This document shows, one piece after another, positions 39,938-50,254 of a stretch of 64,000 nucleotides of DNA. The translations under genes and the position numbers were made by a program. Position 1 is the first letter of the stretch. Each line of letters opens with the position of its first letter. The notes beneath the pieces were generated by a model. The model had not been told where the DNA came from and made no database searches. It saw only the letters and a program-made list of their open reading frames with translations. The DNA is taken from the NCBI GenBank assembly GCA_050950765.1, contig JBMNIF010000002.1, forward strand, positions 128,001 to 192,000, written 5' to 3'. The stretch comes from Bdellovibrionota bacterium. GTDB lineage: Bacteria > Bdellovibrionota_C > UBA2361 > JAAYZI01.

Positions 39938-40804
39938 CTACTTTGACTCTCTTACTAAACTAATAAAAAGCGACTCAAGGTCATTAGTTATCGTATTAAC
40001 CTCTTTCACTTCCCCAAGAGATAGCACCTGCGGTAAATATGGAGTTGCTACCCGAATAGAATCTTCAGCCTTCTGTTCAAAATCGAAGTCCAATGTATCT
40101 CCCTTTACAGGATTGCAAAAAACGACTTCAACCTTCGGCTTAAAATATTCCTCTCCTAAAACACCCGAGAAAACTATTTCACCATTTTTTATAAAACACA
40201 TCCTATCAGCTAAGATTTCAATATCGAGCATCAGATGTGAGGTTAAAATGATACACATCCCTTGATCCTTTAAGCTTTTGAGGTAAAAACGAAGCTTGTC
40301 TGCGATATCAGGATCGAGACCAACAGTAGGCTCATCCAAGAACAAAACCTTTGGCGAAGTTAAGAGTCCCTTTGCAATCCGAAGTCGCATCTTTTCGCCG
40401 CTCGACATTTGATGCCATTTTCTATCAAGTTTATCTTTAAGCTTTAATTCATCTAAAACTTTTAGAACGATCTCATCCTTCACACCAAAGAGAGTTTGAT
40501 AAAACTTTATGATTTGGGCAGCACTTAAAGTCCACAAAAATTGTGTCTCTGATGAGACGAATGAAATACCGTCATAATAACGTTTATCAGTCGGGGCTAG
40601 TCCCAGTACAGAAATGCTACCACTATCAAGCGAAGTTAAATTTGCAAAGATATTAAAGAGCGTTGTTTTTCCAGCTCCATTAGCGCCGAGTATTGCCAAG
40701 ACCTCCCCCGCCACTGCTGAAAAAGAAACACCATTTAAGGCTTTTATTTCACGTTCTTTTAACTTGAACACTTTAGACACACCGTCTGCAAAAACCTCTG
40801 GCAT
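39938..40804 (-). CDS. ABC transporter ATP-binding protein
   Basis: GANGAGKTT, MSSGE, LFLDEPTVGLD and SH motifs. Confidence 0.95.
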   Translation of the reverse strand: MPEVFADGVSKVFKLKEREIKALNGVSFSAVAGEVLAILGANGAGKTTLFNIFANLTSLDSGSISVLGLAPTDKRYYDGISFVSSETQFLWTLSAAQIIKFYQTLFGVKDEIVLKVLDELKLKDKLDRKWHQMSSGEKMRLRIAKGLLTSPKVLFLDEPTVGLDPDIADKLRFYLKSLKDQGMCIILTSHLMLDIEILADRMCFIKNGEIVFSGVLGEEYFKPKVEVVFCNPVKGDTLDFDFEQKAEDSIRVATPYLPQVLSLGEVKEVNTITNDLESLFISLVRESK

Positions 40805-41175
40805 AACTAAACTCCTTTCTTAAAATAAAATCATCTATCAGGATCGATATGAAAAACTTTAAGGATTCCTTTTAAGAAAAACAAAATAATAATAACTGGC
40901 ACTCTTGCCTTTAACATAAGATACAAACAAACTAGCAGAACTTCTCGTTTTCAACTACAAATCAGATACTATTTAAATGAAGTATTTTAATACTTTTCGT
41001 TTTTAAAATACTACCATGTATTACGACCCTCGTCTGATAGTTGTATACCTTTATTAAAGAAGTAGACAAATTATTTTTTTAATATTCATAAATTTATTAA
41101 CGTTCAATCTGTTCATAGCACTTTATCTCGATATCTACTTAACGAATTTAGTGTTACTTCCTAGTGATGATCCTT

Positions 41176-41550
41176 CCACCCTTTAGGGACAGTGGAACGG
41201 GGTGATACTGCAGAACGAATCGGTTAGGTTTCTACGAAGGTCAAAAAAAGCCACCCTCGAGGGACGGTTGAACGGGCGGCAACTGCAAATAGAACTAGCT
41301 AGATCTATACGAAGGTAAAAAATGCCAGCCAGCAGTGACGATTGAACGGGCTGATACTAAAAAACGAATTAGCTAGATCTATACGTAAGGTCAAAAAAAG
41401 CCACCCTTTAGGGACGGTTGAACGGGCTGCAACTGCAAATAGAACTAGTTAGATCTATACGAAGGTCAAAAATGCCAGCCAGCAGTGACGATTGAACGGG
41501 CTGCAACTGCAGATAGAACTAGCTAGATTTTAACGAAGGTCAAAAATTTG
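41176..41550 (-). repeat. Tandem array C: five 74-76-bp copies of module M1
   Basis: CCACCC/CCAGCC junctions at 41176, 41251, 41325, 41401 and 41475; 150-bp higher-order dimer. Confidence 0.92.
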
Positions 41551-41710
41551 AAGTTTCTTAAATGTAGAGGGAGGTAGGTTTTTTTATTTTTCTGAAGTAG
41601 ATATCTAAAAACAGGAAGAGGGGAAAATTGAGCCCTTTTGTATAAAAAACCTTTTCCCCCTCTCCTTTTTGGCGCGATTTTGCAGATTCTTGGCACCGGT
41701 TCTTATGTTT

Positions 41711-42667
41711 TTATATAAGAACCACCATAACTGCTAGAAAGAACAGACCCCAAAAGCGTAGTGAAGCCGCGCTATGGAGTCCCAAATCTATGGGACATAC
41801 TTGAACAATTACACCTTTCACCTCAGGGCGCTCTGGATCCTCTAAAAGCGATCGAGCAATTTTAAGTCCAATACAGAGTTCATCTTCTTCTAACTCTTCC
41901 CCAAGCCATTCCTTTAGCATTTCAATAGCTTTTGGGTTAGGCTCTTTACCGTGTTTGCTTGCGTTAATACAATCCATAATCGCTTGCGTCACTTCTGGGG
42001 GAACCTCTTCAATCAGCAAGCCTTGTGAGTCAATCCACCCCTTAAGCGCCTGAATAGTTTCAAACGCATTAAAGACCACAAATATAGTCAGATACAGTGT
42101 GGGGAAAAACGACGACGCACCTTCATTATAGAAGCCGGTCAATATTACCCAACTAATTGCAACGATGTATGCGGCTATCAACACAACGGCACTTTTAACT
42201 TTGAGCAGTTGCAGAGCTACTGCAACAAGGACACAAGTAATAAAGAGCAGCGCCCCTAATCGGGAGATAGCTCCAGGATAACGACTCTCAAAAGCCATTA
42301 AAGCAATCCCAAAAGCAACTCCCTCCACAAGTGCGGACAACTTTTCGAAGAACAAGACTCTTTGGAGTTCTTTTTCTTTCATTCTGAAAGGGTTGATGAA
42401 TTTGAAAAGCAAAGCCACAGTGGCGATGCTTGCAAACAACACAGGGAGATACTCTCCGAGCGCTTCACGATCGGAGATCTGCACTTCTTTAACACCAGCT
42501 TTGAAAACTTCCCAAGAGAGCTCCACGAACTTGAATCGGTTAATGTCGAATTCCCAATACAAAAAAACGACATAAACAGCGGCACAGAAAAGTGCCAACA
42601 GAACACAAACGTTGCGAAACAGTTGGTTGTTTCGTTCACGACGTACCGAAATGTCGGTTTTATACAT
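41711..42667 (-). CDS. Hypothetical membrane protein
   Basis: 318 aa with about 7 hydrophobic segments. Confidence 0.75.
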   Translation of the reverse strand: MYKTDISVRRERNNQLFRNVCVLLALFCAAVYVVFLYWEFDINRFKFVELSWEVFKAGVKEVQISDREALGEYLPVLFASIATVALLFKFINPFRMKEKELQRVLFFEKLSALVEGVAFGIALMAFESRYPGAISRLGALLFITCVLVAVALQLLKVKSAVVLIAAYIVAISWVILTGFYNEGASSFFPTLYLTIFVVFNAFETIQALKGWIDSQGLLIEEVPPEVTQAIMDCINASKHGKEPNPKAIEMLKEWLGEELEEDELCIGLKIARSLLEDPERPEVKGVIVQVCPIDLGLHSAASLRFWGLFFLAVMVVLI

Positions 42668-42849
42668 CTCTACTTCGCTACCTTTCCTAATTGTTAATGA
42701 ACACGGACAAAAGAGGAACCTCTTACAAAAACCTTCTATAAAGGCTCAATTTCCTCTCATACGGTCTAAGTTATACCAAAAAATATAATTTAGTGCTGTT
42801 ATAAGGGTAATGTATTTATAATATTGTAGAATTTTAAACCTTATGAGGT

Positions 42850-43965
42850 TTATTTTAAGGTCTGATCTTCGATTATGCCTGAACCGACAACAAGGTCTTC
42901 TTTATATAAAACAGCCACCTGACCTGGAGTCACTGCCAACTGCGGCTCTTTAAAATGTACCTTAGCTATTGTTTCACCCCTTTCAAGGTAAACAGTCGCT
43001 GCTGCCGGTTTCGCTGTTTGTCTGATTTTTACAGAGACCTCCAACGGTTCCGTCGGCAGATCATCTAACCCAATCCAATTTAAATCCGAGATATAACACC
43101 CTTCAGCGAAGAGCTCTTCCTTAGATCCAACAGTAAGCACATTATTTTTAATATCGATCCCCGTGACATATAAGGGCTTACCACCTCCTCCTAATCCGAC
43201 CCCTCTCCGTTGTCCGATAGTATAATTGATCAATCCCTTATGTTCACCGATAACCTCTCCCACTGAATTTTTAATCTTCCCTGCAACACCATCTTCCGGA
43301 TTAAATAAGATGGAATAGCTATCAGCCGCAATAAAGTCCTGACTCTCACGTTGAGTGACCAGCTCTTGCCACCCTATCTCGAGAGCTATCTTTTTCACCT
43401 CTTGTTTTGTTAATTCACCTAACGGAAATAAGAGATCTTTTAATTGATCTTGTTTTAAGCGCGAAAGAAAATACGATTGATCTTTTGTGGTATCAGTAGC
43501 CTTCATTAAAGAGATACGTCCTGTCGCTCTCTTCAGCAAGCGATTGTAATGCCCCGTTGCAAAGAGATCAAAAGAGATTCCGAACTCTCTCGCCTTACTT
43601 AACATAAAGCCAAACTTTAAAATCTGATTACAACGCACACAAGGATTAGGAGTTCTTCCTTTTAAATATTCACTTTTAAAATAATCCAAAACTTCACGCC
43701 GATATTCATCAACTAACGGAATAACGTGATGCTCAATCTTTAATTGTTGCGCTATGCGGCGTGCAGCAGCAATCCCTTCAAAAGCAGCAGGGCCGTAACA
43801 TCCTGTCTTTTTTTCAGAAAGTCCAACACCGTCTCCATTATAGATCTGCATCGTAGCGCCAATGACATGATAACCTTGCCGCTGCAAGATATACGCTGCA
43901 ACAGAAGAATCAACGCCGCCACTCATCCCTAGTAAGACTCTCTCCTTATTAACCATAACGCTCAA
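42850..43965 (-). CDS. mnmA: tRNA 2-thiouridine(34) synthase
   Basis: MSGGVDSSV, GRTPNPCVRCN, ATGHY, KDQSYFL, ESQD and TPGQ motifs. Confidence 0.97.
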   Translation of the reverse strand: MSVMVNKERVLLGMSGGVDSSVAAYILQRQGYHVIGATMQIYNGDGVGLSEKKTGCYGPAAFEGIAAARRIAQQLKIEHHVIPLVDEYRREVLDYFKSEYLKGRTPNPCVRCNQILKFGFMLSKAREFGISFDLFATGHYNRLLKRATGRISLMKATDTTKDQSYFLSRLKQDQLKDLLFPLGELTKQEVKKIALEIGWQELVTQRESQDFIAADSYSILFNPEDGVAGKIKNSVGEVIGEHKGLINYTIGQRRGVGLGGGGKPLYVTGIDIKNNVLTVGSKEELFAEGCYISDLNWIGLDDLPTEPLEVSVKIRQTAKPAAATVYLERGETIAKVHFKEPQLAVTPGQVAVLYKEDLVVGSGIIEDQTLK

Positions 43966-44261
43966 ATTAACACCCTTTATTAGGAAAAAACAGACGGGAA
44001 AGATCGAATCAAGGCGGTGAGTGTTATTAAAAACACTTCCCTCTTTTAAAAACTTAAGTATTTGCCCTTAAAGCACTTTTTTCTTGTCATTCCCCGTTTT
44101 AAAGGCGTTGTAACCCTTATAATAGTAGTCAGCAACAGCAGCACAAACCGTTATCTACTAATTTTCAATTTTCTCATTTTTTAGATCAGTAAGTAGGAAA
44201 CTTTTTTAAAAAGATAGCGACCTCTATAAATCAGAGCAGGCACACCTCTGAATAATTTTTT

Positions 44262-44828
44262 ATGACTATATTTTTATCCGGAGTTTTTATGAATATTGAT
44301 GATTGTATAAACATGGCGAAGATCTTCTTAAAGTTTCAAAAAGATCCTTTTAAGGTGGGAGTTGATCAACTTAATTTTGTTGATGATCTGGTTGATATGG
44401 GAGAATCGCCTGATGAGATCTCATTTGATGTAAAGAGAGCGATCGCCTTTAATTCCTTCCTCTTTTTTGGATGGTTACTAGATCACGGACACGGGGAGGC
44501 TACGGAAACTTTTACCCAGTTGTTAGATGCCTTTTTTAATTATGTTTATCTAAACAACACTGAAGAACATAAACGCCTTAAGGTCAGCAACGTAACAAAA
44601 AAACAGTTAGAAAAATTCTTCAACTTGGTCGAATTCGGGGTTTCTCAAGAGTTATGGGATAAGGGCATCAACCCTTTTGATGGAATGTTATTACTTTATC
44701 AATATCTGGAAGAATCAGGTTACAAAAACGCCAACTTAGAACGACGTCGGCGCGCCATCACAGAATTGCGCAAATCTGCGACAAAAAAACCGCTCCCTCT
44801 TAATGTCGGCTACACTATGATTCACTAA
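44262..44828 (+). CDS. Hypothetical protein
   Basis: 188-aa ORF; an alternative start at MNIDD has a GGAG RBS. Confidence 0.7.
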   Translation: MTIFLSGVFMNIDDCINMAKIFLKFQKDPFKVGVDQLNFVDDLVDMGESPDEISFDVKRAIAFNSFLFFGWLLDHGHGEATETFTQLLDAFFNYVYLNNTEEHKRLKVSNVTKKQLEKFFNLVEFGVSQELWDKGINPFDGMLLLYQYLEESGYKNANLERRRRAITELRKSATKKPLPLNVGYTMIH

Positions 44829-44889
44829 AGAGGTGTTTTGTTCGTTTTGTATCACAACACGATACAAAACGAACATTTTTAGAAGGTTT

Positions 44890-45255
44890 TTAGTTTCTCC
44901 AAAAGCCGTGCAGGTTGCAATAAGCGTAAACTGCCTCAACCTCATCTCCGTCACACAACATAAACTCCGCTTTCGGCACACCATTCTTCAATTCTTTTCT
45001 CTGTCTGCCTTCTTTTGTTTCAATAGCGATCCACCCTATATAGTGATCGGCAGTCATCGGATGATCTTCAGAACCCACAACTACGCTGACTTTATTTCCT
45101 GAAACAGACAAAACAGGCACGTGTTTTTCCGTAGAAGCATCTTCTGTATTTACCGTAAGCTCCTGCATCTTTTCTCCACAACAAACGACAGGTACGCCCT
45201 TGTTTTCAATATAAACAATCATGTTACCGCAGTGGCGGCACTTAAAAATTTTCAT
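44890..45255 (-). CDS. Desulfoferrodoxin / superoxide reductase
   Basis: CRHCGN...CCGEKM desulforedoxin site plus EKHVP, HPM, HYI and CNLHG ligands; start MKIFKC after AGGAG. Confidence 0.93.
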   Translation of the reverse strand: MKIFKCRHCGNMIVYIENKGVPVVCCGEKMQELTVNTEDASTEKHVPVLSVSGNKVSVVVGSEDHPMTADHYIGWIAIETKEGRQRKELKNGVPKAEFMLCDGDEVEAVYAYCNLHGFWRN

Positions 45256-45419
45256 AATACGTCTCCTTAACTGATTAAGATAAAGATTCTCATCCACTCC
45301 ATTAGAGTGTTGCAGTATCAGTTATTTTTTTAAGATTCACAAGTAGGAGAGCGTATTTCCAAGAAAAGGTTATTTATAGGGATTTCTTACCCTAAAATCT
45401 TTTGACACACACCACTAAC

Positions 45420-45608
45420 TTAAGAAACTGTCGGTGCTATTAACCAGAGAAGCCCTAAAACTAGAGCTAGCGCAAGGGATAGCAGTAAAATATTTTTCAA
45501 TTCGAGATACAAAGCCGTGTTATCTCCTCCAAGGTGAGACTGTTCTAAGGACACGCTCTCTCCTTCGGTATCATCTCTCCACTCTATAAAATCTCTCTTT
45601 GCTAACAT
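45420..45608 (-). CDS. Small hypothetical membrane protein
   Basis: 62 aa with a GAGG RBS and one C-terminal TM helix. Confidence 0.45.
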   Translation of the reverse strand: MLAKRDFIEWRDDTEGESVSLEQSHLGGDNTALYLELKNILLLSLALALVLGLLWLIAPTVS

Positions 45609-45966
45609 AGCGAAACCTCATTACTACAGGAGTCTCGGCTATCTCTACACCCCTCTTCAATTATCTATATGCATTAGTCATGCCAAACCAAATTTTGTTA
45701 TTAAATAACTTTGTTACCAAAAAAATACTCACTTTTTTCTAAGAAAAATTCGTAGTACGCTCTCTAAATACAAGAACGGGGTTAAAGACAGGCTTAACTA
45801 AGTTTCTAAAAAAGTATGTTTTAACCTCAAAGGATATTTTTAAACACTATCTTTCAGTAACATAACGGTGAGTTTCATTAAGAAATTACTTAAAAATGCC
45901 GACTATTCAAACATCTGTTCAGTTCTCCATTGATTTTTAAATCTTACTTAAAGGTGCGACATTGAT

Positions 45967-47301
45967 ATGACTACAAAACAGAAAAAGATCTTCGTTCTGG
46001 ATACTTCAGTTATTATTTATGATCATGAAGCCATTCAACACTTCGAAGATAGTGATGTTGCTATCCCATTAACAGTTTTAGAAGAGCTGGATAACTTTAA
46101 AAAAGGCAATGACACCAAAAACTTCAGTGCTAGAGAGTTTATTCGATATATCGACGAGATATCTCAAGAGCATATGCTTCAAGACTGGGTGCCGATTAAT
46201 GGCAAATCAAAAGGAAAGTTTAAAGTACTTCATAAAATACACGTCAAGAATCAACTTAATGCTGATATGTTTTTTGAAGAGAACAAGCCTGATCATAGGA
46301 TCTTAAATTCGGCTTTGGCTCTACAAGCAGAAGAGCCAAACAAAAAAGTTATTCTAGTTAGTAAAGACGTGGCGCTAAGGCTAAAGGCAAAAGCTCTAAA
46401 TCTTCATGCAGAAGATTACGAAGTCGGAAAGATCCCTGATATCAACCTCCTTTACACTGGGAAATCTATAATTGAAGAGTTCTCAAGTGAAACCATAGAT
46501 CAGTTGTACGAACAGGGCTTCGTCTCCGCTTCTGAAATACCGCCGGAGTATAGGATTGCTAATCACTACCTCCTTTTGCGTAACGGTAAAAAATCGGCGC
46601 TGGCGTTTTTCAATAGTGATGAAGGGATTGTAGAGCGGGTAAAAAAACAACCTGTCTGCCGCATTGAAGCGCGCAATGCGGAACAGATCTTTGCTATTCA
46701 CGCCTTATTAAGACCGGAGATTAAATTAGTCACCCTGCAGGGCATGGCAGGCACCGGCAAAACTTTAATTGCCCTAGCTGGTGCTTTGGAGCAACGCAGT
46801 AATTTTAAGCAAGTTTTTGTAGCGCGTCCGATTGTGCCGCTAAGTAACAAAGACTTAGGCTTTTTACCAGGTGATGTAAATTCAAAATTAAACCCGTATA
46901 TGGAACCGCTTTGGGATAATTTAAAATTCATAAAGAGTCAATACGGTGATAATGAAAAAGAGCAGCGCAAACTTAGTGAATTGGTGGACAATGAAAAGAT
47001 CGCTATTGCACCGCTAGCGTATATCAGGGGACGGAGTTTATCTAACCTGATATTTATCATTGACGAAGCGCAAAATCTCTCTCCGCATGAAGTGAGAACT
47101 GTTATTACTCGTGCCGGTGAAAACACCAAACTAATCTTCACCGGTGATATAAAGCAGATCGACACGCCGTATCTTGATGCACAAAGTAACGGTCTCTCTT
47201 ACTTAATTGACAGGTTAAAAGGGAACAAACTTTTCGCCCATATAACATTAGAAAAAGGAGAACGCTCGGAGTTAGCAAACTTAGCAAATGAATTGCTATA
47301 A
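45967..47301 (+). CDS. PhoH-family ATPase with an N-terminal PIN domain
   Basis: FVLDTSV PIN motif, GMAGTGKT, LGFLPG, YIRGRSL, IDEAQN and GDIKQID motifs. Confidence 0.95.
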   Translation: MTTKQKKIFVLDTSVIIYDHEAIQHFEDSDVAIPLTVLEELDNFKKGNDTKNFSAREFIRYIDEISQEHMLQDWVPINGKSKGKFKVLHKIHVKNQLNADMFFEENKPDHRILNSALALQAEEPNKKVILVSKDVALRLKAKALNLHAEDYEVGKIPDINLLYTGKSIIEEFSSETIDQLYEQGFVSASEIPPEYRIANHYLLLRNGKKSALAFFNSDEGIVERVKKQPVCRIEARNAEQIFAIHALLRPEIKLVTLQGMAGTGKTLIALAGALEQRSNFKQVFVARPIVPLSNKDLGFLPGDVNSKLNPYMEPLWDNLKFIKSQYGDNEKEQRKLSELVDNEKIAIAPLAYIRGRSLSNLIFIIDEAQNLSPHEVRTVITRAGENTKLIFTGDIKQIDTPYLDAQSNGLSYLIDRLKGNKLFAHITLEKGERSELANLANELL

Positions 47302-47498
47302 ACGTTCCTTTTTTGCGTTTGCCTTCTCTCTGATCTGGATGCGCTTATCCTCTCTCTGACATGGGGAAAGTGTGCTTTTAAAAAAGCTTCTCCCACCCTT
47401 TAGGAACGAAAGTCGGCGAAGTCTAAAGAGCTCCTTTATCCCTGTATTTTTTTAAAAACATCAAAACAGTGTGCGCATAGCTACCTCTAAAACTCCTT

Positions 47499-47634
47499 TT
47501 ATCTTCGTATTTTTTGAAAAGCTTTTAGTGCAGTATTCAGATTATTTATTATCTCTTTCTGTCAATACTTCTGGTTTAGGCAAGTTATCTAAATCTGCCA
47601 AGCTTTCATCTTTAATCCAAGTTATATCGAATTG
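47499..47634 (-). pseudogene. Frameshifted C-terminal fragment of a type I restriction-modification methyltransferase (HsdM-like)
   Basis: Manual translation QFDITWIKDESLADLDNLPKPEVLTE, one extra base, then EIINNLNTALKAFQKIRR*; resembles the HsdM C-terminal tail as recalled. Confidence 0.6.
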
Positions 47635-47648
47635 CAAAACAATATATG

Positions 47649-48077
47649 GAAAAAGGCTTAAAAAGATCTCTTCTCACTGTGATAAAAAAGAACCTTAGGA
47701 AAGCTTAAGAAAAAACCAGTTGTACCTAAGGATGAAATATTAACGGTATGCAGGCGCGCCTTAGATCAATTTAAATTAGGGGCGGTACATTGTGATGCCG
47801 TTGAGTTTTTTAGTTAGAAGTGACATAAAAATATTCTGAAAAAAAAGCTCCTTTATTTTGAGAAAAAGGCTTAAAAAGATCTCTTCTCACTGTGATAAAA
47901 AAGAACCTTAGGAAAGCTTAAGGAAAAGCTAGTTATACCCAAGAATGAAATATTAACGGTATGCAGGCGCGCCTTAGATCAATTTAAATTAGGGGCGGTG
48001 CATTGTGATGCCGTTGAGTTTTTTAGTTAGAAGTGACATAAAAATATCTTGGAAAAAAGCTTCTTTATTTTGAGAAA
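47649..48077. repeat. Near-perfect 213-bp tandem duplication
   Basis: GAAAAAGGCTTAAAAAGATCTCTTCTCACTGTG...CTTTATTTTGA starts at 47649 and again at 47862 with few differences. Confidence 0.95.
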
Positions 48078-48124
48078 TTGTATCTCTCTAACTTAAGATA
48101 GGTAAACACAAAGATTAGTTTTAT

Positions 48125-49264
48125 ATGGGATTTCTTGCTGATAATTCACTATCATTAAATGCTATTGAAATAGCTCGCCGCAAAAGGCGATCTGCTGGAT
48201 TGCCACTTTTAGATTTAACCGAAAGTAATCCGACAAAGTGCGGATTGTTTTTCCCGCCTGAGATATTACGTTCGGCAGCAGATCATTACATTGATTCTCG
48301 TGTATATTGTCCAGATCCTAAAGGGCTTGAGACTACTAGAAGTGCGATCGCTACTTATTATGCAAGTAGAACCCCTCCCTTAAATATCTCTGCAGATCAC
48401 ATCATAGTTACTGCCAGCACTTCAGAAGCCTATCGTTTTTTATTTTCCGTTCTGTGCGAACCGTATGATAATTTATTAGCACCTGATATAACCTACCCTC
48501 TCTTTGAATTTTTTGCGGAAGATCAACGTATTGATCTACACAATTACAGACTTATTGAGGCACGCAACTGGGAAATTGAAGTGACATCTATTGATATTGC
48601 TCTCGATAAACGTTCTCGCGCTATTTTATTAGTTTCTCCGCACAACCCGACGGGCAAGATTCAACGTCGTCGCTTATCAGTTTTGGCAGAAACAGAGTTG
48701 CCCATTATAGTGGATGAAGTTTTTGCTGACTTCGTGCATGATGAAGAACCTTGCCCTCCTCTCGGAACGCTATATCAAGACACCCCTGTCTTTCATCTAA
48801 ATGGGATCTCAAAAATGTTTGCTCTGCCAGATTTTAAGATCGGTTGGATCGCCATGGATGATAAAGCCTATCAGATGTTCGGAGAGAAGTTAGAGTTTTT
48901 AAATGACACCTACCTAAACGCCTCTTCTTTGAGTCAAAGCGTTATCCCGAGACTTTTTCAAGAGGGGCATACCTTTCAAAAAGAGATGTTGGCACGTATT
49001 AAAGAGAACGTATCTTTTGTAAAAGGATCATTAGAACGTTTAGGCTTCCCTCCGATAAATAGTAACGGCGGAGGAACATTTTTATTGGTATCTCTACCTG
49101 ATGGACTTGATGAGGAAGAGTTTGTCATAAGATTGATAAATGCAGGGGTATTTCTTCATCCAGGATATTTTTACAATGTAACGGGGAATCATTTAATGAT
49201 CTCTTGCTTACCACCCAAAGAGAAGTTGGAAGAAGGGCTTAGTATTATCAAAAACCATATCTAA
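48125..49264 (+). CDS. PLP-dependent aminotransferase class I/II
   Basis: SPHNPTG, IIVDEVF and NGISKMFALP (PLP lysine) motifs. Confidence 0.92.
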   Translation: MGFLADNSLSLNAIEIARRKRRSAGLPLLDLTESNPTKCGLFFPPEILRSAADHYIDSRVYCPDPKGLETTRSAIATYYASRTPPLNISADHIIVTASTSEAYRFLFSVLCEPYDNLLAPDITYPLFEFFAEDQRIDLHNYRLIEARNWEIEVTSIDIALDKRSRAILLVSPHNPTGKIQRRRLSVLAETELPIIVDEVFADFVHDEEPCPPLGTLYQDTPVFHLNGISKMFALPDFKIGWIAMDDKAYQMFGEKLEFLNDTYLNASSLSQSVIPRLFQEGHTFQKEMLARIKENVSFVKGSLERLGFPPINSNGGGTFLLVSLPDGLDEEEFVIRLINAGVFLHPGYFYNVTGNHLMISCLPPKEKLEEGLSIIKNHI

Positions 49265-49274
49265 TACTGCAAGA

Positions 49275-50100
49275 AGGTCAATAATATTAGGATATTAGCA
49301 AAAGTTTAGGATTCAACGAATTTGGTGCCACCCTTCAGGGACGTTAAATTTTGGTGCCACCCACCAGTAGATCTTGACGGGGGTTAAAAATTTGGTGCCA
49401 CCCTTCAGGGACGGCAGGACGGGCTGCAACTGCAAAACGAGTCAGCTAGATTTCTGCGAAGGTTAAAAATTTGGTGCCACCCTTCTTTTTTGCCACTTTG
49501 ACGGCTTGAGTGGGCTTGGATCTGGTGCCACCCTTCTTTTTTGCCGCTTTGACGGCTCAAAAATTTGGTGCCACCCTTCAGGGACGGTTCTGGATCTGGT
49601 GCCACCCACCAGTAAAAAGGGCTTGGATCTGGTGCCACCCTTCAGGGACGGCAGGACGGGCTGCAACTGCAAAACGAGTCAGCTAGATTTCTGCGAAGGT
49701 TAAAAATTTGGTGCCACCCTTCTTTTTTGCCACTTTGACGGCTTGGGCGACTGGTGAATTTGGTGCCACCCTTCAGGGACGGTTGTGGATCTGGTGCCAC
49801 CCACCAGTAAAAAGTGGGTGTCCTAATTGCTATTCTAATAAAATCAGGATGTTAATAAAAGCCTAGTATTTGGCAGTTTTGGTGCCACCCGCTAGGGACG
49901 ATCGAACGGGCTGTAACTGAAAATAGAATCGGTTAGATCTGTACGGGGGTCAAAAATTTGGTGCCACCCACCAGTAAGACGGGATCTGGCAGATTTGGCT
50001 GGGCTTGGATCTGGTGCCACCCTTCTGGGACAACAGGACGGGCTGATACTAAAAAACAGGTCTGCTAGATCTCTATGGAGGTAAAAAGTGGGTGTCCTAA
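49275..50100 (-). repeat. Mosaic GGGTGGCACC-core repeat array D
   Basis: 14 copies of GGTGCCACCC on + at 49324, 49353, 49394, 49473, 49524, 49567, 49598, 49631, 49710, 49762, 49793, 49881, 49960 and 50013. Confidence 0.95.
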
Positions 50101-50254
50101 ATACGGCTCCACTCGCTAGAAAGACAGAGTGAAGGAATTGGGATATGGTAGAAACTGGCTTGCAGTGTTGCATCCTAATCGAATAGGCTGACTGTTCTGG
50201 AGTAGCAAAACACACAAAATTATTTACAGAGCCTTATTTACAGAGCCAATTGAA

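Noticed and set aside
45603..45612. TAACATAGCG matching the start of spacer 2 (possible self-target)
   Set aside because: Only 10 nt, at the PAM-distal end of the guide, with no extension
49275..50100. Mosaic arrays as CRISPR arrays
   Set aside because: The constant part is only about 11 nt, spacing varies from 29 to 88 bp, the intervening sequences recur, and no cas genes are adjacent
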